From Bacillus subtilis subsp. subtilis str. 168 (GTDB lineage: Bacteria > Bacillota > Bacilli > Bacillales > Bacillaceae): a stretch of 32,000 nucleotides of DNA. Each line of letters begins with the position of its first letter. Within the stretch, counting starts at the first letter, position 1. Location: positions 3,660,001-3,692,000 of the forward strand of contig NC_000964.3 in the NCBI RefSeq assembly GCF_000009045.1, read 5' to 3'. The notes beneath the pieces were generated by a model. The model saw nothing but the letters and a program-made list of their open reading frames with translations. It had not been told where the DNA came from and did not search any database. The translations under genes were made by a program, and so were the position numbers. Below are positions 7,209 through 18,399 of the stretch, in pieces.

Positions 7209-9911
7209 TCATTTAGCAACTTTATTATTATCTAATTCCAAAATAGCATTATAAATACGATTCCTATTATTTTTATCAGTATATGCAAAAAAGTTATCTA
7301 CTCTTTTTCTATACTTATCTTCCATACGACTATTGTTTTTCATATAATAGATAACTTTATCCACTAAGCTATTATGATTTTCTAATACATCACCAAACCC
7401 CATTTTTTTATAATCATAATAATCAAGTTTAAAATGGTATGACTTTTCGTATTGATAATAAATAACAGGTTTTTTCTCATATGCAAAATCAAACGCAACA
7501 GATGAAAAATCAGTAATCATTATATTAGAAGAATTAAATAGCATTTGATAGCTGCTGTTATAGTCGGCAAACTCCACATAATCATGCTTTTCAAAGTCTA
7601 CAATCTGTTGCTGAATATCTGGGTGAGGAAAAAAAGTTATTTTATAATTATTTTTCTTAGCAAATTCGATTAGCCGTTCATCATTAATCAAAGCATTATA
7701 CCTAGAAAAATATTCACTATCTTTAAATTTCGGGTTGTACGGTCTTACTCCTTTTGCCTGATCTTTCGGTAATACAATATCTTTTCTCCAAGTCGGCATT
7801 ATTAGAAGTTGCTTTTCTCCCTCACTCTTCTTAAGATTATCGTATCTCGGAAATCCACCCAACAAAATATTCTCTTTTTTATAGTTGTAATTCCCTTTCA
7901 CAATAGACCGATATTCAGGTTTGGCAGAAGTGACTAATAATTTGATATTCTTGTTGTATTTGTTTAACCATTCAGAATGATCTGCCATTGTTATTCCGTG
8001 CTGTAAAAAGATAAACTCAAAGTTAAATAAATCTCTAAAATAAATCTCCATATTAAAAAATGGATTTACAACCCATATATCTGCATGTGTCGATATTACT
8101 TTGGAAGAGGATAAGGTTAAAATTTTATGTCTAAAAGATCTGTATGGTATGACCTTTCCATATTTTTTGATTCTGTCGTAATCCTTGCTATCTTTTTTTA
8201 TTATAAAGTATTTTTTTACCCCATCATTCTTGTTGATTGCATATTTAAAGAGGTGCTCGGCATTATCATCAGCTTTGTCTTGTCTGTCTATGAATAACCA
8301 TACTGGTTTTCTATTAAAAATAGTGAAAACATGGTGTACCATTCTTGCCATCAGTGCCTTCTTAATCGCTGATTTTCGTTTTTTTGATTTTTCCCCTGAT
8401 TTATGTAGGGATTTTAAGAAACGAAACTCTTTTATAAATCTATTTTTAAAATTGTTTTTTTTGAACATTAATTTTTTATAATTATAATAAAAAATATAAT
8501 CTTTTTTAGCCACATAAGTATTATATAAATCGTTTGACAAACCTGAATACTTGAAAAAACGAAGTTTTGTCAACTTCCTTTTTTTACCCTTAGTTATAAA
8601 AAACTCAATATGATGATTATCTGCTAGATGACCTTTGGGAATATCTATTGAAAAACCGGGATATTTTTTTATTACTTCTCCTAAACTTATATAATCATTA
8701 TGCTGTCTTTTTATATTCTTTGCTTTTATTTTTGTTTCGCCAATTTTAGCATAAAACTTAAAACCTTTAGAATTAAACAGCGAGCTCCAAAAGCCTTCTA
8801 TGTGAATGGAATCCTCATTTTCTTCTAAAATTTCAATAGTTAAAGTTTGATCCGATAATTTCGAAACAATTTTACCTTCTCTGTATAAATAATAATCCTG
8901 TTCAGTTTCTCTTTCATATACATACCTACTATAATTTTCACCGTGCTTTATTTTTAAAGCATGATATAAATAGAAATGGCTGACACTTTTTGTTTCAATG
9001 ATGACATCGTCGTCAATATACGACAATACTTCTCGAATCAATGTTAAAAATTCACTGTATTCATTTTCGTCTAAAGGTGTTTCACTGATATCCTTAATCA
9101 ATAATTTCCACTTCAAATCATGCATAACCATATATTGAAGAAATAAAGGTATTTTCTGTTCATGATTTTTTATAATATCGATTAAATTCTTTGAGAAAGT
9201 GATAAGTGAATGGTTAAACCAATTCTTATTTGCTTTAGCAGTCTGCATGGCAGATGATCCATCTTCTCTAACTCTATAATGGTATTTTGCCTCTTTAACC
9301 AGACCATACTTTTTCTTTTGCGATATGATTAAATTAACTAGTTTGGCATCTTCACCTATTTTACAATTTTCATCAAACCTGATATTTTTCAAGGCATCTT
9401 TTTTTATAAATGTAGAACAACAATGAGTTAATATATGATGCGGTTCTTTTTCTACATCCAAAATTCTTGTAGAAGAAAACTTATTATTTAGATTATGTTC
9501 TCCAGTTCTTCCTTCTGCAAAAAAAATAGGGATTGCTACAATATCAATTTCATTCTTATGTTCGTCAAAGAAGTTTAAAACATTTTCGAATGTTCCTTCT
9601 GAAACTAAATCATCCGGATCCAAAAATTGAATATATCTACCTTCAGCATACTTTAAACCATAATTTCGAGCACTGCTCACTCCGCCATTCTGTTTCTTTG
9701 CATAGACAATGTTATTGGGATATTTCTGAGCATATTCTTTACAAATGATTTCACTTTTATCGGGGCTATCATCATTCACCAGTATTAACTGAATATTCTC
9801 AAAACCAATAGTTTGGTTAATGATACTTTCTATAGCTTCAGTGAGATACAACTCAACATTATAAATCGGCATTATAACACTGAAATCATAGTTAAAACTT
9901 TTTTCGTTCAT
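7209..9911 (-). CDS. ggaB: Minor (galactosamine-containing) teichoic acid biosynthesis protein GgaB: GT-A glycosyltransferase fused to a CDP-glycerol glycerophosphotransferase-like domain
   Basis: 900 aa. N-terminus 'FSVIMPIYNVELYLTEAIESIINQTIGFENIQLILVNDDSPDKS ... QFLDPDD'; C-terminus 'FLQHGITMADHS ... ENILLGGFPRYDNL ... MPTWRKD ... MITDFSSVAFDFAYEKKPVIYY'. Confidence 0.95.
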   Translation of the reverse strand: MNEKSFNYDFSVIMPIYNVELYLTEAIESIINQTIGFENIQLILVNDDSPDKSEIICKEYAQKYPNNIVYAKKQNGGVSSARNYGLKYAEGRYIQFLDPDDLVSEGTFENVLNFFDEHKNEIDIVAIPIFFAEGRTGEHNLNNKFSSTRILDVEKEPHHILTHCCSTFIKKDALKNIRFDENCKIGEDAKLVNLIISQKKKYGLVKEAKYHYRVREDGSSAMQTAKANKNWFNHSLITFSKNLIDIIKNHEQKIPLFLQYMVMHDLKWKLLIKDISETPLDENEYSEFLTLIREVLSYIDDDVIIETKSVSHFYLYHALKIKHGENYSRYVYERETEQDYYLYREGKIVSKLSDQTLTIEILEENEDSIHIEGFWSSLFNSKGFKFYAKIGETKIKAKNIKRQHNDYISLGEVIKKYPGFSIDIPKGHLADNHHIEFFITKGKKRKLTKLRFFKYSGLSNDLYNTYVAKKDYIFYYNYKKLMFKKNNFKNRFIKEFRFLKSLHKSGEKSKKRKSAIKKALMARMVHHVFTIFNRKPVWLFIDRQDKADDNAEHLFKYAINKNDGVKKYFIIKKDSKDYDRIKKYGKVIPYRSFRHKILTLSSSKVISTHADIWVVNPFFNMEIYFRDLFNFEFIFLQHGITMADHSEWLNKYNKNIKLLVTSAKPEYRSIVKGNYNYKKENILLGGFPRYDNLKKSEGEKQLLIMPTWRKDIVLPKDQAKGVRPYNPKFKDSEYFSRYNALINDERLIEFAKKNNYKITFFPHPDIQQQIVDFEKHDYVEFADYNSSYQMLFNSSNIMITDFSSVAFDFAYEKKPVIYYQYEKSYHFKLDYYDYKKMGFGDVLENHNSLVDKVIYYMKNNSRMEDKYRKRVDNFFAYTDKNNRNRIYNAILELDNNKVAK

Positions 9912-10034
9912 AAAAGATTACTCCTAACATAATGTTTATATGAATAAGAATTCGGGTAAATAAAATTAAGAAACAAGAGAGTACTAATTTTTGCAAAACA
10001 ATTTTAATTTAGTAAAATGTATGAAAAGCATTCC

Positions 10035-11375
10035 TTACCTTTTTTTAAAAACCCTTGTAAGCAAACTTTTAAAAATGTTCACATGGTTAAGTTCTAAAGA
10101 ATCATTTGGTGTTTTTAGTACAAAGTCAAATGCAAAGGCCCAAATCGGTATTTCGACAACAAAACCAGCATATCTAAAATCTCTTAATTTATATCCCCAT
10201 ACTTCAATTGTTTTTTTCAGTTCTTTTCGTTTGCATTTTTTTAATCTTTTAAAATATTTTATATATATTCTGTCATTTTCTTTCATCTCATAATACTGGT
10301 TAATAAAGTGCCCTGTTAATTCAAGTCTAAGCCCTTTTATTTTTGCCGAAGTAACAGTACATGAACTATGCAGTACTCTTTCTTTTTTTATATTTTCAAG
10401 AGCTTCTGTATTTTCTTTTAATAAGTGAAACATAAATTCTTTATAGTACATCGGCATATCTTGTTCTTTTATAAATTGCGGGTCAATAAATTTTAAAACT
10501 TTAATAAAATCATCAACAAAAACTCTTTGTTCTTGTTGATCTAAAACAGACTTATAAACATCTCTATAGTTCGGATATAAAAACAGTTTTATATGATATA
10601 CAATTAAAAATTGCAAATAAGGCAAAACTATATCATATTTGTTGAATGAATCCATCAACAAAGTCATGTAACATTCATTCAACAAATATGTGTACCTTTT
10701 TTTGTTAAACCATGAACGATCAACTAAAGAATCCTGTTCTTTCCGTTTTCTATAAAAATACTTTCCTTCTGCAACTGCTCCGTATCTTTTTTCTTTCAGT
10801 AATAACTGGTTAAAAAAGATAGCGTCTTCCCAAAACTTTATAGATTCATCAAAAAGGACGGTACTAGTTAGTGTATGTCTTCTGTAAAAAGTGCCGCCAA
10901 TATAAAAATGAATAGCTTTATAATCGTTGAGAATATTTATAACTCTTGTTCCTTTTTCAAATCTATTATTTAATTTATGTCCCCCTTCTTTTTCACCTGT
11001 GTAATAAACAGGTAATACCGCAATATTTACATGTTCGGAATCACAAAAAAAATCATAAACACTTTGCAGCGCATTTTGAGAGAATGCATCGTCAGAATCA
11101 AGAAAACCAATAAATTTAGATCTTTCGCTTACATTTGATAATCCACAATTTCTTGCAGCAGAAGGTCCAGAGTTTTCAATTTTCATGATTTTAATATTAT
11201 TAGGATATAGATTTTTAAAGGATTCACAAATTTGAGGACTGCTGTCAACACTACCATCATCTATTAATATCAGTTCTATATTTTCCTTAAATCCAATTGA
11301 CTGGTTAAGGACACTCTCTATTGAATATCTTAAATAATTTTCAGAATTATATATTGGTATAATTATAGAAAACAT
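10035..11375 (-). CDS. ggaA: Minor teichoic acid glycosyltransferase GgaA (446 aa)
   Basis: GT2/GT-A N-terminus 'FSIIIPIYNSENYLRYSIESVLNQSIGFKENIELILIDDGSVDSS ... GFLDSDD'. RBS AAAGAGGT upstream. Confidence 0.94.
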   Translation of the reverse strand: MFSIIIPIYNSENYLRYSIESVLNQSIGFKENIELILIDDGSVDSSPQICESFKNLYPNNIKIMKIENSGPSAARNCGLSNVSERSKFIGFLDSDDAFSQNALQSVYDFFCDSEHVNIAVLPVYYTGEKEGGHKLNNRFEKGTRVINILNDYKAIHFYIGGTFYRRHTLTSTVLFDESIKFWEDAIFFNQLLLKEKRYGAVAEGKYFYRKRKEQDSLVDRSWFNKKRYTYLLNECYMTLLMDSFNKYDIVLPYLQFLIVYHIKLFLYPNYRDVYKSVLDQQEQRVFVDDFIKVLKFIDPQFIKEQDMPMYYKEFMFHLLKENTEALENIKKERVLHSSCTVTSAKIKGLRLELTGHFINQYYEMKENDRIYIKYFKRLKKCKRKELKKTIEVWGYKLRDFRYAGFVVEIPIWAFAFDFVLKTPNDSLELNHVNIFKSLLTRVFKKR

Positions 11376-11415
11376 GTTTGTACCTCTTTATTTAGAAGTT
11401 AAAGGATCGTTTCAA

Positions 11416-12106
11416 TTACTCTTTTAGAAGCCTTGCCTCTTCTAAATTACAAAATTTATTATAAAAATCCTCATAGTTATGATCTATATAAGGATTATGT
11501 AACAACTCTTTTACCGTATCTATAAGTTCTTCACTTGTTTGAAGCAAGTTTCCTGGCGTTTTTTGCTGAAAATTAAAGTAAAAACCTCTGATACAGTCTC
11601 TATAAGCCGGGAGATCATACACAAAAAATACAAGGTTTTTTTAAAAATTCATATTATCAAAAAAGACAGAAGAATAATCCATAATCAATAAATCACTAAT
11701 TAAATATAAATCTCGAATATCTTTATTTAAAGAAACATCGTTCACAAAATATTTATATTTCCCTAATTAAATTGTTCTGAAACTGGATAATACCATTCTT
11801 ACAAGAATAACCATAGAGTCTCCAAGGTTCCCTCTTCATTTCCTCTAATCAAATTAAAGTTAAATTTATACTGGCCAGCTTTCTTAAAATTCATTATCCC
11901 GCAAAGTTGGTGCATATAAAATTATTTTTCTTTAATTCCTTATTTGATAATGTAGAATTGGTAGGGGATTGTAGCTAAACTGTTTCCAGAATAGCTTTCA
12001 AATAAAATTAATTTATTGTTTCTTGGCAGAAGGACAAAAATTTTAAACAAAACTGAATAAACTCTAACTAGTAAACTTCTGCAATTGGTTATAATAAAAA
12101 TTTCAT
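11416..12106 (-). pseudogene. Degenerate TagF/TarF-type CDP-glycerol glycerophosphotransferase
   Basis: Reading through frameshifts and stops on the minus strand: start context AAGGAGTTCACTG-ATG at 12106, then '..VYSVLFKIFVLLPRNNKLILFESYSGNS..', '..APTLRDN..', '..FVNDVSLNKDIRDLYLISDLLIMDYSSVFFDNMN..', '..YDLPAYRDCIRGFYFNFQQKTPGNLLQTSEELIDTVK..YEDFYNKFCNLEEAR'. Each segment matches TagF in order. Confidence 0.88.
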
Positions 12107-12200
12107 CAGTGAACTCCTTAAAGAGTGAAGATTAATATTTACGCAAACAAGAAAAAAAGAAGCAACTGAATTTACTTCAAGCCTCTTTTAGTTAGTGCTT

Positions 12201-12393
12201 CTATAAACTAGCCATATCTTTTCTGATTTGGGTAGTTGAAATGCCTGCTATTCTTGTAAGGTAAATGGCCTCATAGTATTCCTTTGTAGACAATCGTACG
12301 ATTAAGTAATCCCAGGTTCTTTTGCTCTTTCCAGTAGCTTCATATGTCCATAGTGAAATAAATCAAACATTCCGTACGTATCACTTTCTTCAT
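12201..12393 (-). pseudogene. Internally deleted, frameshifted tagD/tarD-like glycerol-3-phosphate cytidylyltransferase
   Basis: Residual peptide with frameshifts: 'MKKVI-YGMFDLFHYGHMKLLERAKEPGDYLIVRLSTKEY...' then '...YLTRIAGISTTQIRKDMASL*', versus TagD '[36 protein letters not shown]' and 'VVYLPRTEGISTTKIKEEIAGL'. Confidence 0.88.
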
Positions 12394-12958
12394 TAGATAA
12401 CATCACCTTCCAACCTTTTCCAACTTAGAAAAAACAAAAATCCTTAACTGATTGTTTATCATTTCGACATATTTTTTACGTTCCATTAATAATAAACAAT
12501 AATAGCATATGTTCCTATAAAAGTTAAGGCTCTTTAAAAATGTAAATCATCAGCACTTTTTGACAATATCGTTGCATTGATGTGTATTTTTTACAGATCT
12601 GATATCTTATCTATACTCATTACAACAAGTTTTCTATTCCGGAAGAGTCAATTCTTTTTGTCGCGTTTTCAAGTGTAATGATTTTCTTTCTGCTGCGTCA
12701 TTTATTTTGTACGCCCTCCTCATATTACTTCATCGTCAAAACGTGAAGGAATTGTAATACGTAGTTCCTAAAAATTTTCGTGGTAAAATTTAGTGAAGTC
12801 TTTATCAGGCTAAGGGACTTTATCTAAACTACGAATTACATATGGAGATATATAGATGAAAAGGAGGGTTGATATGATATAAACGAAAATCAATTAGATA
12901 AAGGAAAAACTGAACACTTCTGAAAAAAGTGATAAGTTTCTTTCACTATATCCTCCAA

Positions 12959-15159
<2,201 letters not shown>

Positions 15160-15166
15160 TTACGTA

Positions 15167-15994
15167 TTAAAGAAAGTCAACAAACTTGTCTCTGAATTTC
15201 ATATGCAGGATAGAACCTACTAACAATAAAAGGAATGTGAACAACCAAAAGTACAGCGTGTACTTCATGTCATGGAAAAACCATGCTCCATCTAAGAAGC
15301 TGTTCCGGAATCCTTCAATAATATAGAATAGTGGATTCAACTTCAGAACAGGCACTAATTCGGGGTGGCTTTGACCGAGTTTCGCATTAACATCCCAAAA
15401 AATTGGCAACAAGAAAAACAAAAGTCTTGTTACGGCCTGCAGCAAAAATTGATAATCTCTAATCAGCACACTGATCGTTGAGTTAAACAAACTAAACGAA
15501 AACATAAAAGCAATCATACAGATGAAGTAATAAATATATTGTAACCAATGCACACTCGGGAACACACCATTAACTAGGAGTACAATGATATAAATCACCA
15601 TCATGATCATATAACTAAATAAGTTAGATGCAATTGCCACGGACGGTAGAGAACTAATCGGGAAGTTCATTTTAGCCACCATATTAATGCGCTTAAATAC
15701 ACTATTTGATCCATCAAGTATAGTTGGACTGATGAAAAACCATGGGATTAATCCTGCCAGCATCCAAATAATAAAAGGCACTTCGCCCGCTCCGGTTGTC
15801 ACAGGACCGCCCTTTCTAATCCCCATACCAAATACGAACCAGTAGGCCAGCATTTGGATAAGCGGATTTAAGAACTGCCATAAGACACCTAAATAATTCA
15901 TTTGATATTTAGACTTGGTTTCATAAGCCGCCAATCTTAAAATTAAAGGAAATGACGTTATTTGCTCTCTGAGTATACGCAACAAATCATTCAT
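15167..15994 (-). CDS. tagG: Teichoic acid export ABC transporter permease (275 aa)
   Basis: ABC-2 type permease: '[36 protein letters not shown]...'. Directly upstream of tagH on the same strand. Confidence 0.95.
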
Positions 15995-16106
15995 TTTTTA
16001 TCTTCCTTAGACTTAATTGTTTTTGGGAATCTTTCTGTTTAAAATTTGAAAGCACCGCTGATTATTGTAACAGATCCTGCATTTTTTTTCACTTCTCAAC
16101 AAGTAT

Positions 16107-16135
16107 CTAAAAAGCTGCCGAAAAATCGACAGCTA
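16107..16135 (-). terminator. tagF terminator
   Basis: On the minus strand AGCTGTCGA-TTTT-TCGGCAGCT followed by TTTTTAG. Confidence 0.8.
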
Positions 16136-16158
16136 TACATTTTATAAAATAACCTAAA

Positions 16159-18399
16159 TTATTCAGCTTTAAATACAGTATTAACAACCTTTTCAGATGA
16201 ACGTCCTGACTCTAAATAGCAAAACTTATCATAGAAAGGACCAAAAGAAACCGGAAGCTTATAATCAGGCGATGAGATCTGCTTGATAGCCTCAATCGTT
16301 TCTTCAGTAGTTTTTACCAAAGGACCAGGAGCTTCTTTTTCAAAATCAAAGTAGAAACCACGCAACTTGTCCCGGTAGGTTTCGATGTCAGGGACAAAGA
16401 ATAGCATTGGCCGTTTTAAATTTGCAAAATCAAAGAATACTGAAGAATAATCAGTAATCAGCAAATCAGAAACCATATACAATTCTCGAATATCCTCATA
16501 AGCAGAAAAATCATATGCAAATCCTTCAAAAGGACCTAAATCAAAATTCTCAGCTACCAGATAATGCATTCTTAAGATTACAATATATTCATTTCCAAGT
16601 TCTTGTCTAAGTTGATGCAAATCTAAATCGAGATCGAACTTATAACGCCCTTTTGCATAGAACTGATCATCTCTCCATGTAGGGGCATATAAAATAACCT
16701 TTTTATCACGAGGAATATTTAACCTACTCTTTATCAATGATATTGTTTCCTCATTATTATCATTATGAAGAAAATCATTTCTAGGATATCCAGATTCAAT
16801 CATTGTCTTGTTAAACTGAAACGCCCGTGTAAAGATCTCAGTTGAATAACCATTTGGGGAAATCAAGTAATCCCAATTAGAAGCTTCCTTGATAAAATTC
16901 CTTTTATATTTTTTGGTGTTTGTACCAGGCATATGGACTTCTTCCATATCCATTGCAAGTCTTTTTAAAGGTGTGCCATGCCATGTTTGTAAATATGTTG
17001 TATGACTAGGTTTCGGAATCCATAATGGAAGCCGGCTGTTAACAACCCAATACTCAGCTCTTGCCATAGCGAAGAGCCATTTTAATGAGAGGCGATTAAT
17101 GTAAGGAATTCCCTTTTCATCAAAAGGCGCTGAATATTGTTTATTTACACTCCAATACATTTTATACTCAGGGTGGTTTTCCCGCATATATTCGTAAATC
17201 GCTCTCGGATTACAACTGTATTGTTTCCCATTAAAACTTTCAAAAATGACTGTTTTCCTTTTAACTGGCATTCTGCTAGCCATCATGAATAGAGATTTGT
17301 ATGTTTTAGTGATTAACTTGTTTCTCATTTTTGTGATCTTTTTTATTTTTGATACTAATCTCTTCTTCTTTCCTTTAATAAAGTATTTCATCCTTGTTTT
17401 CAGGCTATAGTCGTTTACTCTGATACCTAGAGTCTGCTTTTTCTTTTTCTTAAAGACTTCATAACGAACTGGTGCGTTGTTTGTTTTAATAATACTTACT
17501 AATCCTTTTAATTTGTTTTTTCGATCTCCTAAAACAAGAGCAGTGCTGTTGAACTGAATATCCGTTCCTTCATCGTCATTGCATATATACTCCATAAAAA
17601 GACGATAAACATAACGTTTTTCATTTGAGAAAGGAATTTCTTTCAAAGGCACTTTCACTTCAAAATCATACAGTTCCGGAACAAAACCATCTGCTCTCAT
17701 GTTTTCCAGGCCATGTGTTTTTCTTTCTAGCTTGATTGGAAATTTTTCCTCAATAGGTGTTTCTCCACCCTTTTTTAAAATAAGGTTCAAGTTTTTTATC
17801 CGATATTGATTTTCGGAACTCAGGTACCCCGCATAACCTGTTATGCTTATTTCTTCAGAGCTAATCTCGATTTGATCAAATCTGATGATTTTGGCCTCTC
17901 TTTTCACCTTAATAGAAAAGTTGCCTTTATCAGTTGTATAAGGTAAAATCAAAAGTTCTGTGGTTTGATCGACATGAAAGGCGCGCTCAATTGAATTTAC
18001 TTCAGCAGAAAGACGCTTCAAGAGTGGTTCCTGCTCCGCATCTTCATATTTTTTTCGAAATTCGACATAAAAATCATATGTTTGTCCCATTTCAACAGGC
18101 ATAGGCAAAACATGAGCATTTATCTCAGTTTTATACTCTAATGAGCCAGTGTTTTGAAGCGGAAATTCAGATTCCGTTCCTGAACGTCTCTCTTTCAGCT
18201 TTAAAAATAACTGGTAATCCTCTAAAAATTGGTGTTCTGAATCAATTGAGATTAACAATTCAAGACTTCCTAAATTGTTTTTCAAGCTTTTCAAAATACA
18301 TTTAATCACAGTGTTTTCAATCATTACTTTTTTCTGCTCCTCTGTATAAAAGCTCTTTCCTTTTTGCTTCCTTTTATTAGTGTCAACTACTAAGGACAT
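16159..18399 (-). CDS. tagF: CDP-glycerol:poly(glycerophosphate) glycerophosphotransferase TagF (746 aa)
   Basis: 'LQTWHGTPLKRLAMDM ... SGYPRNDFL ... ILYAPTWRDD ... LLITDYSSVFFDFANLKRPMLFF'. The ATG at 18399 overlaps the tagE stop (TAATG). Confidence 0.95.
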   Translation of the reverse strand: MSLVVDTNKRKQKGKSFYTEEQKKVMIENTVIKCILKSLKNNLGSLELLISIDSEHQFLEDYQLFLKLKERRSGTESEFPLQNTGSLEYKTEINAHVLPMPVEMGQTYDFYVEFRKKYEDAEQEPLLKRLSAEVNSIERAFHVDQTTELLILPYTTDKGNFSIKVKREAKIIRFDQIEISSEEISITGYAGYLSSENQYRIKNLNLILKKGGETPIEEKFPIKLERKTHGLENMRADGFVPELYDFEVKVPLKEIPFSNEKRYVYRLFMEYICNDDEGTDIQFNSTALVLGDRKNKLKGLVSIIKTNNAPVRYEVFKKKKKQTLGIRVNDYSLKTRMKYFIKGKKKRLVSKIKKITKMRNKLITKTYKSLFMMASRMPVKRKTVIFESFNGKQYSCNPRAIYEYMRENHPEYKMYWSVNKQYSAPFDEKGIPYINRLSLKWLFAMARAEYWVVNSRLPLWIPKPSHTTYLQTWHGTPLKRLAMDMEEVHMPGTNTKKYKRNFIKEASNWDYLISPNGYSTEIFTRAFQFNKTMIESGYPRNDFLHNDNNEETISLIKSRLNIPRDKKVILYAPTWRDDQFYAKGRYKFDLDLDLHQLRQELGNEYIVILRMHYLVAENFDLGPFEGFAYDFSAYEDIRELYMVSDLLITDYSSVFFDFANLKRPMLFFVPDIETYRDKLRGFYFDFEKEAPGPLVKTTEETIEAIKQISSPDYKLPVSFGPFYDKFCYLESGRSSEKVVNTVFKAE

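Noticed and set aside
11388-12900. Possible mobile element/transposon insertion explaining ORF-poor AT-rich gap
   Set aside because: No transposase or integrase peptide in any frame provided, and no target duplications. The content is better explained as decayed tag/tar genes plus a gtaB duplicate.
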